From: a virus
IMG/VR virus record: IMGVR_UViG_3300025120_014919
Location: 41,614-105,613 of that record
Reading direction: 5' to 3' (one strand)
DNA: 64,000 nucleotides
Below the pieces are notes generated by a model. It saw nothing but the letters and a program-made list of their open reading frames with translations, had not been told where the DNA came from and made no database searches. Shown in pieces: positions 1 through 10,086 of this stretch (positions are counted from its first letter, which is position 1; each line of letters opens with the position of its first letter). The position numbers and the translations under genes are program-made.

Positions 1-1158
1 CCTACTATTACTGAATTAAAGTCATACTTAATTAATGATGAACTTAAGGAAAGTTTTAGATCTGTTGTAAAGAATTTTCCTAATATTGATAAGAACTTTA
101 ATGATGAAGAGTTAACTTCTAATACTGAACGGTTCTTAAAAGAAAGAGCAATATATAATACAATGTTATCTGTTGCCGAGGACGTTAGTAAAGGTGAAGT
201 TAATACAAGTTTTATTTTAGATAGTTTCGAAAAAAGCTGTAACGTTAATTTAAAGGAAGAGATAGGTTTAGATTTATTTGAAAATATTGATAAGGTTGTA
301 GATGATCTAAACGTAGACCAACCTACAATATCTTCTGGTTGGAAATGGTTAGATGATAAGATAGAGGGAGGCTTCTTACAAAATGGTAGATCGTTGTACG
401 TATTTGCTGGTGAAGCTAATGTTGGTAAATCTATATTTTTAGGTAATATAGCTTGTAATATAGCTTCTAAAGGCAAGACGGTTTTAGTTATAAGCCTTGA
501 AATGTCAGAGATGATATACGCAAGAAGGTTATCATCTAATATAACTAGAATACCAATGAGAGAATTAAAAGGTGCTGGTCAATCTTTATCATCTCAAATA
601 AAGAGTTATAATAATGGTAAACCTAATAGTAAGATTTTAATTAAAGAGTTTCCACCTAGTACTGTTACGCCGCAGAATATACAAGGCTATATTACAGAAT
701 TAAAAAATAGAGGTATTAAAGTTGATGCAGTGGTACTTGATTATTTAAATTTGTTAAAAAGTCCTCTTGGTGATAACTCTTATGAAAGGGTTAAGCATGT
801 TGCAGAAGGTATTCGTGCTTTAAGTTATGTTTTTGAATGCCCGTTTATTTCTGCTACTCAGTTAAATAGATCTGGTTACGATGAAGCAAACCCTGGTTTA
901 GATACGATATCAGAATCGATTGGAATGGCTGCTACTGCTGACTGTATTTTCAGTATATTCCAAGACGATGAAGATAAAGAATTAGGTATAGTTAAAATGG
1001 GTATGATGAAAAATAGATATGGTGCTAATTATGGTCATACAGCATTACGGTTAGATTATGATACCTTAACTATTTCTGAAGATGAGACACTAAACGTTGA
1101 TGATGAAGGTAGTGAGATGTCTGATTTAACTAATACTCTTAACATGTTGAGTAATTAA
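1..1158 (+). CDS. gp41: DnaB-like replicative helicase (T4 gp41-like), 5' end outside window
   Basis: Frame is open from base 1. Walker A AGEANVGKS, ISLEMSE, Walker B VVLDYLNL, ATQLNR and KNRYG are SF4 helicase motifs. Confidence 0.93.
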   Translation, partial: PTITELKSYLINDELKESFRSVVKNFPNIDKNFNDEELTSNTERFLKERAIYNTMLSVAEDVSKGEVNTSFILDSFEKSCNVNLKEEIGLDLFENIDKVVDDLNVDQPTISSGWKWLDDKIEGGFLQNGRSLYVFAGEANVGKSIFLGNIACNIASKGKTVLVISLEMSEMIYARRLSSNITRIPMRELKGAGQSLSSQIKSYNNGKPNSKILIKEFPPSTVTPQNIQGYITELKNRGIKVDAVVLDYLNLLKSPLGDNSYERVKHVAEGIRALSYVFECPFISATQLNRSGYDEANPGLDTISESIGMAATADCIFSIFQDDEDKELGIVKMGMMKNRYGANYGHTALRLDYDTLTISEDETLNVDDEGSEMSDLTNTLNMLSN

Positions 1159-1180
1159 AAAGAGGAACTAAATAAAATAA

Positions 1181-2056
1181 ATGCCTAAGATCCATATAAT
1201 TACAGATGCAGATCTCGATGGAGCTGGTTCGTATCTTTGTTTAAAGCAAGCATATAAAGATACTACATTAACATACTCCGTTACAACTGAAAAAAAGTTT
1301 ATTAATGATATAGCCTATTTTAAATTTGAAGATTATGATTTAGTAATTATTAGTGATTTAAATCTAAAAGAAAGTGAAATTAGACTTTGTGATTTAAAAA
1401 ACGTCATTGTAATTGATCATCACGCTGAGCATATAGAACTAATTCATAATTATAAAAATGCTAAACCAATAATAAAGGATTATCCTTCATGTACTAAGTT
1501 AATATATGATACTTTTAAGTTAGAAGATAAGCTTAATAAAAATCAAAAATTATTGGTTAAACTAATAGATGATTATGATAGTTATACATTAAAATTACCG
1601 TTTAGTAAACCATTGAATCAAGTATTTTGGTCTTATACAGGTGACAGAGTTAATAAATTTGAAAATGATTTTAAAGATGGTTTCTTCGGTTTTAATCAGT
1701 TTCAAAAAAATGCTTTAAAAATTATTGAAAATAAAATTGAAAGATTTTTTAAAGAAGAAACAATTCATAGGGGTAATTTAAAAATAGGCGATAAAAATTA
1801 TAATGTTGCAGGTGTTGTGGTGACTTTTAGCCCTAATGAAATAGCAGAACGTATAATTAGTACATATGGAGTAGATTTTGTAATAATGATTAATCTAATC
1901 GGTAAGAGTGTTTATATGAGACGTAGTACAGATTGTACGTTAAATATGGGTAAAATAGCTGCAAAACTAATGAACGGTGGTGGTCATGAAGATGCCGCTG
2001 GTGGAACTTTAAACGATTCAGTCATTAATATTACTAAATTACTAAAACCCCTATAA
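1181..2056 (+). CDS. DHH/DHHA1-family phosphoesterase
   Basis: Motifs TDADLDG, ISDL, IDHH and C-terminal GGGHEDAAG. Confidence 0.88.
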   Translation: MPKIHIITDADLDGAGSYLCLKQAYKDTTLTYSVTTEKKFINDIAYFKFEDYDLVIISDLNLKESEIRLCDLKNVIVIDHHAEHIELIHNYKNAKPIIKDYPSCTKLIYDTFKLEDKLNKNQKLLVKLIDDYDSYTLKLPFSKPLNQVFWSYTGDRVNKFENDFKDGFFGFNQFQKNALKIIENKIERFFKEETIHRGNLKIGDKNYNVAGVVVTFSPNEIAERIISTYGVDFVIMINLIGKSVYMRRSTDCTLNMGKIAAKLMNGGGHEDAAGGTLNDSVINITKLLKPL

Positions 2057-2057
2057 T

Positions 2058-2348
2058 ATGTCAAAAAATATACCATACGAATCTCTATTAGAAGAAGAAT
2101 TTAATAAAATCTTTTATTCATTCTGTACATTTGTGGCTTTAAATTGTGATAAAAAAATGAATTTCGCAACAGTTTTTTTAAAGATACTAGAAAATAAAGC
2201 ATTCCGAGATATTTTTATTAGTGTTTTAGAAGAGGAAAACGAATTTACAGCAATTAAAAAATTTATACAGACTGAACCTTCAGTTACAAAAAGTAAATAC
2301 GTTACGAAGTTTTTAAACAAGTTTGGTGGTCTAGATGAACAATTTTGA
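2058..2348 (+). CDS. Hypothetical protein (96 aa); occupies the position of late-transcription coactivator gp33 in T4 33-59-32 order
   Basis: Coupled ORF in the replication operon. The gp33 suggestion rests on position and size only. Confidence 0.5.
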   Translation: MSKNIPYESLLEEEFNKIFYSFCTFVALNCDKKMNFATVFLKILENKAFRDIFISVLEEENEFTAIKKFIQTEPSVTKSKYVTKFLNKFGGLDEQF

Positions 2349-2967
2349 AAAAATAATTTATAACAATTTTTTAGAAGTAAGTAAAAAAATAAATAACAAG
2401 CCAGTCAAGTATAGAAAGAATTTTGAAAACTTTCCGGATACTAATTATATTATAATAAACAAATTAAGTAACTTCTTTAAAAAATTTAACCATTTAAAAG
2501 TAAAAGACTTTTTTGAAGCCCCATATTTTGTTTATAATGAGAACTATTTTGATTTAAAATTTTACTTAAGTCCTAAAGCTATTAAAGCTTATACACTTTA
2601 TAATGATAAGTTTTTACTTAATAATCCTGATGATGGTAAAACGTTATTAAAAATGCAGGATTCGATAAAATTTATTTATAATTACTGTAAAGATAAAGGT
2701 ATCAATATAAATGAATACTTAAACATAAACGAAGGTGAATATAATGTTTTTCTGAAACATATTAAAAATAGAGATGTTATAATTTTTGTTTTGTTTGCTT
2801 TCAATAATTTCGAAAAAACTTTATCATTAATTGACGGTGATATTAAAAATATGTATAGTTCTAATTTTTCAAAACTTAACTATATTAGGACCAAATATTA
2901 TTCGAGTTCGAAGGCAAAAAAAATAATTAATAATTTTAAAATATTCGTTGAAAACCAAAAAGTATAG
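2335..2967 (+). CDS. Probable helicase loader (gp59-like)
   Basis: 210 aa, basic and aromatic, directly upstream of gp32. The segment KMQDSIKFIYNYC...VFLKHIKNRDVIIFVLFAFNNF resembles the gp59 C-terminal half. Confidence 0.5.
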   Translation: MNNFEKIIYNNFLEVSKKINNKPVKYRKNFENFPDTNYIIINKLSNFFKKFNHLKVKDFFEAPYFVYNENYFDLKFYLSPKAIKAYTLYNDKFLLNNPDDGKTLLKMQDSIKFIYNYCKDKGININEYLNINEGEYNVFLKHIKNRDVIIFVLFAFNNFEKTLSLIDGDIKNMYSSNFSKLNYIRTKYYSSSKAKKIINNFKIFVENQKV

Positions 2968-2975
2968 TCTATAAT
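2948..2975 (+). promoter_or_regulatory. Sigma70-type promoter of gp32
   Basis: TTGAAA-N16-TATAAT-N6-ATG. Confidence 0.75.
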
Positions 2976-2981
2976 AAGAGT

Positions 2982-3839
2982 ATGAGTAATATAACGAGTT
3001 CAATGTTTGATAGTATTAAGTCTGCATTAGCAGCAGATAACGATAATAATAAGAGTGCAATAGGTGATATCTTAAAGACACCTCCTGGTAATACCTTTAC
3101 TGTAAGGTTGTTACCTTATGCTAAAGATCCTTCTAAGACGTTCTTTCATTATTATCAGCATGGTTGGAATAGTTTTGCTACTGGTCAATATACTAGTGCA
3201 ATCTCTCTTCAAACCTTTGGTGAGAGAGATCCTATTGCTGAAGAGCGATATAAGATCCTTCGTACTGGTAATGAAGAAGAAAAGGAGAAGGCTAAGGCGA
3301 TCGTACGTTCTGAGAAATGGTTAGTTAATGTATATGTTGTTAATGATCCTGTTAATCCTGAAAATAATGGTAAGGTTAAAATGCTTCGTTATGGTAAGCA
3401 AATTCATAATATTATTACTGATGCAATTGAAGGTGATGATGCAGCTGAATTAGGTCCTCGTATATTTGATCTAGGTCCTGATGGTGTTAACTTTAGAGTT
3501 AAAGTTGAGAAGCAAGGAGATTTTCCGACTTATGTATCATCTAAGTTTGGTATGCCTAGTGCAATCGATAATCTGGATGAAGATCGTCATAATGCAATTT
3601 ATGAAAATGTATTTGAACTATCTAGTGTATTTAGCGTTAAGAGTGTAAATGAACTTAAAACGATGATGGATGAACATTATTACGTAAGAGATACGTCAGC
3701 TAATAATAGCGTTGTTGAGAATGTAATTGTAGATACGCCTATTGAGGAAGCAACCCCTGTTGTTGCTCCGGTAACTGAAACTAAAAAAGATGATGAAGAT
3801 GAAGTTCTAAAAGAACTACTTGAAGGTTTGGATGTATAA
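2982..3839 (+). CDS. gp32: Single-stranded DNA-binding protein (gp32-like)
   Basis: VRLLP, YYQHGW, VNVYVVNDPVNPENNGKV, RYGKQI, GVNFRVKV, YVSSKF and an acidic C-terminal tail. Confidence 0.9.
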   Translation: MSNITSSMFDSIKSALAADNDNNKSAIGDILKTPPGNTFTVRLLPYAKDPSKTFFHYYQHGWNSFATGQYTSAISLQTFGERDPIAEERYKILRTGNEEEKEKAKAIVRSEKWLVNVYVVNDPVNPENNGKVKMLRYGKQIHNIITDAIEGDDAAELGPRIFDLGPDGVNFRVKVEKQGDFPTYVSSKFGMPSAIDNLDEDRHNAIYENVFELSSVFSVKSVNELKTMMDEHYYVRDTSANNSVVENVIVDTPIEEATPVVAPVTETKKDDEDEVLKELLEGLDV

Positions 3840-3843
3840 TTAA

Positions 3844-4410
3844 ATGAGTGATCAATTACCACCAATGATTCCTATGCCAGAATCTGGTCAACCAGGACAA
3901 CCAGGTCCTACACCTGATCAGATTACTAGGCAATTAACTCCTAAGGAAGAGCAAGATGTATTGGTTAATTTTATGGGTAATATGTATGGTGAGTCTAAAA
4001 AAATGGATAACCATATTATTGCACCTTCTAGTACTTTACAAAGAGGTAAAAGCGAAGAGATAAAGAAACATATTGAACAAGTTATCGCTCAACCTCAGCA
4101 GTCTGTACCTCAACAGGTGCAGGCTGCTCCTCTTCAACCAGAGCCTCAGCAGCCTCAAGTACAAGCACCGGTACAGGTGCCGATTACACCTATTGAACAT
4201 CAATCAGTAGACAATAGTCAATTATCATTTAATTTTAATACTACTGAAAAAGATGAATTATTCATACTAATTGAAAAGGTGTCGACACGTTTAGATCGTT
4301 TACATAAGAAGGTTGATGATTTAACTGAAATAGTAAAGAATTCTAAAGTGACTTCTTTACCTATAAAGAAGGCAAAAAAAAAATCAGTTGATAAAAAAGA
4401 GGAAGTTTAA
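3844..4410 (+). CDS. Hypothetical Pro/Gln-rich protein with C-terminal coiled coil
   Basis: 188-aa ORF, low-complexity P/Q segments, QLSFNF motif. Confidence 0.7.
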   Translation: MSDQLPPMIPMPESGQPGQPGPTPDQITRQLTPKEEQDVLVNFMGNMYGESKKMDNHIIAPSSTLQRGKSEEIKKHIEQVIAQPQQSVPQQVQAAPLQPEPQQPQVQAPVQVPITPIEHQSVDNSQLSFNFNTTEKDELFILIEKVSTRLDRLHKKVDDLTEIVKNSKVTSLPIKKAKKKSVDKKEEV

Positions 4411-4416
4411 TATAAT
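4388..4416 (+). promoter_or_regulatory. Sigma70-type promoter of gp45
   Basis: TTGATA-N17-TATAAT-N11-ATG. Confidence 0.7.
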
Positions 4417-4427
4417 AAACATAGTTT

Positions 4428-5159
4428 ATGAGTTATTTAAAAATAAAAAATAAAAAAGATTTTGTATCTAATTTTTTAGGACCTGTATCTAATTTAAATG
4501 ATGCTTGTATTTTATCTATAGAAGGTAATATTATAAGTTGTACTTTGGCATCCGCGGATGCTACTATTGTATGTAAATCGAAAATGGAAATAGATTCTGA
4601 TATCGATAATGTAAAATTAAATTTACCAGATATTAAAAAATTAGTTCGAGTGTTAGATATTATACCTAGTACTGAAATTGAATTAAAAATTAATGAAAAT
4701 AATATTTCGTATAATAAAGATGGCTATAAATTTAAATACCATTTATTAGATGATGGTATTATTAAGCAACCAGCATTAAATGTTGATAAAATAAATAAAC
4801 TTAATTTTAATACAAAGTTTACAGTCAAGGAAAATGATTTAAATACGTTGTTTAAAGGTAGTTCTTTTGCTACTGAAACTTCTAAAGTTTACTTATATGA
4901 AGAAGATGGTAAAATTTGCAGTGAATTAGGAGATCGTTCAAGACATAACTCAGACAATTTTGTATGCAGTCTAAGTGATAGTTTTGAAGGTAATATCGAT
5001 AAACCATTACCGGTTAATTTTGATTCTTTTAGACTAGTTAGTTTTAATGGTAGTAGAGAAGTAAATTTCAATATTAATACTGAGATGGGTGTGATTACTT
5101 GTTTGTTTAAAAAGGGTGATGCAGAATTGATTTATATTATTTCAGCATTAATTAATTGA
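4428..5159 (+). CDS. gp45: Sliding clamp (gp45-like)
   Basis: 243 aa with a two-domain alpha/beta pattern (LNLPDIKKLVRVL, KFKYHL, terminal YIISAL), in the replication cluster. Confidence 0.7.
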   Translation: MSYLKIKNKKDFVSNFLGPVSNLNDACILSIEGNIISCTLASADATIVCKSKMEIDSDIDNVKLNLPDIKKLVRVLDIIPSTEIELKINENNISYNKDGYKFKYHLLDDGIIKQPALNVDKINKLNFNTKFTVKENDLNTLFKGSSFATETSKVYLYEEDGKICSELGDRSRHNSDNFVCSLSDSFEGNIDKPLPVNFDSFRLVSFNGSREVNFNINTEMGVITCLFKKGDAELIYIISALIN

Positions 5160-5160
5160 T

Positions 5161-5511
5161 ATGGTAGATTGGTCAGAACATAAAGTAAAAAATAAAATTA
5201 AAACCCCTGGTTATTTCATTAAGAGATTAAAGGATAACGGGTTTGTTGTATTAAAAATGTTTAATGCATATTCTAATGTAGATCCAAGAAGATGGACAGT
5301 TTTAGTCGACCCAGGTTACCATAGTGTATATATAACCTGTTATACAAATAAAGGTGAAAAAGGCGAGGTAATGTTTGAATTTGATGACGGTGGTAATAAT
5401 TTTAATAAAGGGTTTTATATTCAAACTAATAGTATTGAAAGCATAGTTAATAATCTAATTGAAAGGGGTGTTAATAATGACCCAAAACAAAACCCTTTTG
5501 CAAAAGCTTAA
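5161..5511 (+). CDS. Hypothetical protein
   Basis: 116-aa ORF coupled to the clamp gene. Confidence 0.7.
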   Translation: MVDWSEHKVKNKIKTPGYFIKRLKDNGFVVLKMFNAYSNVDPRRWTVLVDPGYHSVYITCYTNKGEKGEVMFEFDDGGNNFNKGFYIQTNSIESIVNNLIERGVNNDPKQNPFAKA

Positions 5512-5519
5512 ATAATTAT

Positions 5520-5825
5520 ATGGATGAAAAGGATAAAGGTAATGAAGTAGAAAAGAAATCTACTAGCAAAGCTGATATCCGGGCCGAAGAAGTTATTAGA
5601 GAAGCTTTAAAGAAATTTGTAACAGAAAATATTTCTGAACGAAATACTGATAACGATATTAATGCTATGGTTTCCACTTGTAGTGAATTTATGAAATCTT
5701 TTATAATTATGGGATATGATTTTCAGGGTAATGCAATCAAACCTGTTTTTTATGCTAAAACTGATATAGAAGCTGATGCATTAGCACAACATATGCAGAA
5801 GTTTTTTATATCACAAATGAATTGA
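5520..5825 (+). CDS. Hypothetical protein (late-promoter class)
   Basis: 101-aa ORF preceded by TAAATA-N5-ATG. Confidence 0.7.
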   Translation: MDEKDKGNEVEKKSTSKADIRAEEVIREALKKFVTENISERNTDNDINAMVSTCSEFMKSFIIMGYDFQGNAIKPVFYAKTDIEADALAQHMQKFFISQMN

Positions 5826-5849
5826 TTTACTAAAAATAGTTCATAAAAT
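5822..5849 (+). promoter_or_regulatory. Sigma70-type promoter of the NDP-sugar operon
   Basis: TTGATT-N16-TAAAAT-N6-ATG. Confidence 0.65.
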
Positions 5850-5855
5850 ATATAT

Positions 5856-6728
5856 ATGAATATTTTAATTCTTGGCAAAGGTTATGTAGGTAACCATCTC
5901 CAAAAATACCTATCTGAGCAACAGGTACCGTATAATGATATATTTTTTAAATCAAAAAAAGATTTAGACTATACAAATTCAGAAGTGTTATATAACTTTT
6001 GCCTTTCAGAAGATATTGACACTGTAATTAATACATCTGGTTATACAGGTGCACCTAATGTAGATGGTTGTGAAGATAATAAAGAAGATTGTTTTTATTA
6101 TAATGTCAATGTACCTGTAATTATTGAAGGTATTTGCAAATCTTTAGATATGGATTTTATTCATATTGGGTCTGGTTGTATATATGGGGGTTATGATAAA
6201 GAGTATACAGAAGATGATACACCTAACTTTGGTGTATTTGAAAAGCAATCAAGTTTTTATAGTAAAACTAAACATATATCTGAACTAATGCTTGATACTA
6301 ATTTTACTAATATTATTCGAATTAGAATGCCTATCGAAAGTAAATTAACTAAGAAAAATCTATTAACTAAACTTATCAATTACCCTAATTTAATCGATTT
6401 CGTTAATAGTAAAACAGATATGGTAGTTCTATGCGAATTTATTGAAACTGTAATGAAAAACTTTAAAGCTGGTATATATAATGCAGTTCATCATAGATCA
6501 TTAGGTACTGAAGAAGTTATTGACATTTTAAAAGAATATGGTATTAAAAATGATAATTGGAAGTTTATACCTTATGATGAATTAGAAATAAAATGTAATA
6601 GAAGTAATTGCGTATTATCTAATCAAAAAGCAAAAGATGATTTTAACTTTGATTTCGGTACCGAAGAACATTATCTAAGATTGAACGCTTCACTTATAGG
6701 AAAGGAACTAAAATGGGAAAAGAAATAG
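5856..6728 (+). CDS. NDP-4-keto-6-deoxyglucose 3,5-epimerase/4-reductase (RmlD-like SDR, UER1/NRS-ER type)
   Basis: GKGYVG, GYTGAPNVDGCE, SGCIY, EDDTPNF, SFYSKTK, IRIRMPI and KNLLTKL match the bifunctional rhamnose-synthase subfamily pattern. Confidence 0.8.
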   Translation: MNILILGKGYVGNHLQKYLSEQQVPYNDIFFKSKKDLDYTNSEVLYNFCLSEDIDTVINTSGYTGAPNVDGCEDNKEDCFYYNVNVPVIIEGICKSLDMDFIHIGSGCIYGGYDKEYTEDDTPNFGVFEKQSSFYSKTKHISELMLDTNFTNIIRIRMPIESKLTKKNLLTKLINYPNLIDFVNSKTDMVVLCEFIETVMKNFKAGIYNAVHHRSLGTEEVIDILKEYGIKNDNWKFIPYDELEIKCNRSNCVLSNQKAKDDFNFDFGTEEHYLRLNASLIGKELKWEKK

Positions 6729-7165
6729 TAGGTTTTACTGCAGGTAATTTTGACTTGTTACACCCAGGGTATATATATACTTTTGAAGAGGCTAAAAGAC
6801 ATTGTGATAGATTTTTAGTATTTTTACAAAAAGATCCATCTGCCACGAGGTATACAAAATATAAACCTGTAATACCTTATTATGAACGGTATAAAACTTT
6901 AATGGCAATACAATATATTGACGATGTTTATTTGTATCAAACAGAAGAAGAACTGATAGAGTTAATTAAATTTTTTAAACCTGATATTAGAATATTAGGT
7001 GAAGACTATATTGGTAAATCATTTACAGGTGATGATCTTTCTCCTGAAGTTATATACACAACCCGTTCACATGAATGGTCGACGACAAAAATTAAAGATT
7101 TAATCACGGTACAGACAATAACACAAAACCCTGATATAGTAAAAAATATACGTACAAAAAAATGA
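6713..7165 (+). CDS. Cytidylyltransferase-family nucleotidyltransferase (TagD-like)
   Basis: GFTAGNFDLLHPGY (HxGH variant), LGEDY and RSHEWSTT motifs. Confidence 0.85.
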   Translation: MGKEIVGFTAGNFDLLHPGYIYTFEEAKRHCDRFLVFLQKDPSATRYTKYKPVIPYYERYKTLMAIQYIDDVYLYQTEEELIELIKFFKPDIRILGEDYIGKSFTGDDLSPEVIYTTRSHEWSTTKIKDLITVQTITQNPDIVKNIRTKK

Positions 7166-8019
7166 AAAATAAAAAAATATTAGTAACTGGAGGAGCGGGA
7201 TTTGTCGGTACAAATCTTATTAAAAAATTATTAAATGAAGGTCATACGGTAATATCAATTGATAATTATTCAACCGGATATGAAACAAATCATATAGATG
7301 GTTGTACTTATATTTCTGGAGATATTACAAATAATAAAGTTATAAATTTATTACCGACGGACGTCGATGTAATGTTTCATTTAGCAGCTCTTGCAAGAAT
7401 CCAACCTTCATTAGTTAACCCTAAAAATACAATAGAGAATAATTTCAACGGTACTCTAAACGTACTAGAATATGCTAAAGTAAATAATATTCAGGTCATA
7501 TATGCTGGTTCAAGTTCAATGCATCATGGATTATATGGTAGCCCATATGCATGGTCAAAGTTTGGTGGGGAGGAATTATGTAAATTGTACAGTTCAGTAT
7601 TCGACTTAAATACCACTATTTGCCGCTTTTATAATGTATATGGCCCACATCAATTAAAGACAGGTACATACGCTACCGTCATAGGTATATTTTTAGATCA
7701 ATTTAATAATAAACAACCTTTAACTATTACAGGGGACGGAGAACAACGAAGAGATTTTACACATGTTTTTGATATAGTAGATGCATTATATCTTTGTATA
7801 GGTAAAGATTTTAGAGGTGAATTTTTTGAATTGGGTCGTGGGGTAAATTATTCAATTAATGAATTAGCTAATATGTGGGGAGAGTATCCAAATGTACATA
7901 TACCAGCTAGACCTGGTGAGTATCCATTTACTCTATGTGAAGATAAAAATGCATATAACAAGCTTGGGTGGCAACCTAAAATAGATTTAGAATATTATAT
8001 TAAAAAGGAGATATTATAA
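7162..8019 (+). CDS. NAD-dependent nucleotide-sugar epimerase/dehydratase
   Basis: TGGAGFVG, HLAA, YAWSK (YxxxK), RFYNVYGP, GDGEQRRDF. Confidence 0.9.
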   Translation: MKNKKILVTGGAGFVGTNLIKKLLNEGHTVISIDNYSTGYETNHIDGCTYISGDITNNKVINLLPTDVDVMFHLAALARIQPSLVNPKNTIENNFNGTLNVLEYAKVNNIQVIYAGSSSMHHGLYGSPYAWSKFGGEELCKLYSSVFDLNTTICRFYNVYGPHQLKTGTYATVIGIFLDQFNNKQPLTITGDGEQRRDFTHVFDIVDALYLCIGKDFRGEFFELGRGVNYSINELANMWGEYPNVHIPARPGEYPFTLCEDKNAYNKLGWQPKIDLEYYIKKEIL

Positions 8020-8021
8020 TA

Positions 8022-8951
8022 ATGGAAAATAAAAATATATTAGTTACCGGTGGCTGCGGGTTTATAGGTGGTAATTTTATAAGGTTTTTAAGAGATAACT
8101 TTCCTAAAAATACTATAACATGTTTAGATAAATGCGGATATGCATCAAATTTTGAATACATAAAAGACTATATCGATGTGATGATTACTAAAGATATTTC
8201 TGAGGATATATCATCTGTATTTGCTATAAAATATGACTATATTTTTCATTTTGCAGCTGAAAGTCATGTCGATAATAGTATAGCGGATCCTACTATTTTT
8301 GTTAAATCTAACGTATTAGGTACACAAAATTTACTTGAAGGTTTTCGTGAAGCTAATTACGGAAAATTTATACATATTAGTACCGATGAGGTTTACGGAC
8401 ACTTAGGGTTCGATGATCCCTCATTTACTGAGTTAACCCCTATTGCACCTCGTTCTCCATATGCTGCAAGTAAAGCAGCAAGCGATCTCTTATGTTTATC
8501 ATATATTAATACTTTTAATTGTAATATTAGTATTACTCGCTGTTGTAATAATTATGGTCCTAATCAACACGATGAAAAATTTATACCTACTATAATTAAA
8601 TCATTGAAAAATGGTAAAAAAGTTCCAGTATATGGGGAAGGTATGAATATAAGAGAGTGGATTCATGTACATGATCATAATTTAGCAGTTTGGGCAGTTG
8701 CAAGGGAAGGTAAACAAGGGGTTTATAATATTGGATCTGGTTTAGAATTAACAAATATCGAACTTGTAGATAAAATATGTTGTGTATTAGGTAAAGACCT
8801 AGATGAAAGTGTTATTTTTGTAAAAGATAGATTAGGTCATGATTTCAGATATAGTATTGATAGTACAAAAATAAAAGATGAACTATGTTTTGAACCGGTA
8901 TATAATGATTTTGATAATCAATTAGAAGAATTGGTAAAAAATTATGGCTAA
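8022..8951 (+). CDS. rmlB: dTDP/NDP-glucose 4,6-dehydratase
   Basis: TGGCGFIG, HFAAESHVD, ISTDEVYG, YAASK, NNYGP, REWIHV, DRLGHDFRY. Confidence 0.92.
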   Translation: MENKNILVTGGCGFIGGNFIRFLRDNFPKNTITCLDKCGYASNFEYIKDYIDVMITKDISEDISSVFAIKYDYIFHFAAESHVDNSIADPTIFVKSNVLGTQNLLEGFREANYGKFIHISTDEVYGHLGFDDPSFTELTPIAPRSPYAASKAASDLLCLSYINTFNCNISITRCCNNYGPNQHDEKFIPTIIKSLKNGKKVPVYGEGMNIREWIHVHDHNLAVWAVAREGKQGVYNIGSGLELTNIELVDKICCVLGKDLDESVIFVKDRLGHDFRYSIDSTKIKDELCFEPVYNDFDNQLEELVKNYG

Positions 8952-9222
8952 GATAAAAATTAAAGCTGGTAACATGTATGCATGTCACCATGGTGAATAT
9001 GCTGGTCAGTTATTTGCATTTATTTGCCGAGATAAAAAGGAACAGACGTATAATTTTCTTAGAATGCCAGATATGATAATAACCAAAATGTCTCAAACCG
9101 ATTTTGATAATGGTTTAGATAAAGAAATTATTAAATTTGTAGAAAAATGTCCAAAATACGTGTTTAAAGTTATCCAATCACAATATAAGAAAAATGAAAA
9201 TACTGACAATAGACGGAAATAA
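8944..9222 (+). CDS. Hypothetical protein
   Basis: 92-aa overlapping, coupled ORF. Confidence 0.65.
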   Translation: MAKIKIKAGNMYACHHGEYAGQLFAFICRDKKEQTYNFLRMPDMIITKMSQTDFDNGLDKEIIKFVEKCPKYVFKVIQSQYKKNENTDNRRK

Positions 9223-10078
9223 TTTAGTACATCGGGTATATTGGGTTGCTAACAATATAAAAAACGTATCTGAAAACTATCACGTTTATATGTTTTTAAA
9301 TAGCGTTAAAAGTTATGTAGAAATGTACCAACCTGATAAAGTTATATGTGTATGGGATGAAAAACCTGACTATAGACCTAATAAACGTAAGGAACTTCTA
9401 GATGATTATAAAGGTAATCGAGATCCAGAGTATGGTAAAGAAGTTCATAATAAAAATGAAATGATTAAAGAAATGCTTAATACACTAGGAATACCGTCAA
9501 TTTTTCCTAGATCATATGAAGCAGATGACGTTATTAAGATAATTAACGATGCATACGATAAATTAAGTCAGACTAAATTTTATTTAACAAAAAAATTGTT
9601 CAAACATATTATTATTACCGTAGATAAAGACCTATGCCAGTTAATATCACATAAAGTCTCTGTATATGACCCAATAAAAAAGGTTGAAATTAATAAAGAA
9701 AATTTTGAAGAGGTGTTAAACTACAGTATAAAGGATTTTATCAAAGTAAAGGCATTAACAGGTGATAAAAGTGACAATATACCCGGTTTAAAAGGTTTTG
9801 GTAAAGTTAAAGTAAAAAAGTTTCTAGCTGGAGATGTTGTTTTAACTGAAAAGGAAAATGATACATATAAAAGAAATTTAGAATTAGTTACATTGACTGA
9901 TGATAAAGATGAAAAAGAATATGTGATTAATCAGTTATCTGAAATTAAAGATGAGACGGACTATGAACAGTTTAAAAAATTAAGTAAAGATTATAATTTA
10001 AGTCAAATTCTTAAAAATGATACAAAATGGTATACTACATTTTTCCAGAAAAATAGATTAATAGAATTACTATCTTAA
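9194..10078 (+). CDS. rnh: RNase H / 5'-3' flap exonuclease (T4 rnh-like)
   Basis: IDGNNL, YKGNR, YEADD, DKDLCQL, GDKSDNIPG. Confidence 0.92.
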   Translation: MKILTIDGNNLVHRVYWVANNIKNVSENYHVYMFLNSVKSYVEMYQPDKVICVWDEKPDYRPNKRKELLDDYKGNRDPEYGKEVHNKNEMIKEMLNTLGIPSIFPRSYEADDVIKIINDAYDKLSQTKFYLTKKLFKHIIITVDKDLCQLISHKVSVYDPIKKVEINKENFEEVLNYSIKDFIKVKALTGDKSDNIPGLKGFGKVKVKKFLAGDVVLTEKENDTYKRNLELVTLTDDKDEKEYVINQLSEIKDETDYEQFKKLSKDYNLSQILKNDTKWYTTFFQKNRLIELLS

Positions 10079-10086
10079 ATATTAAT

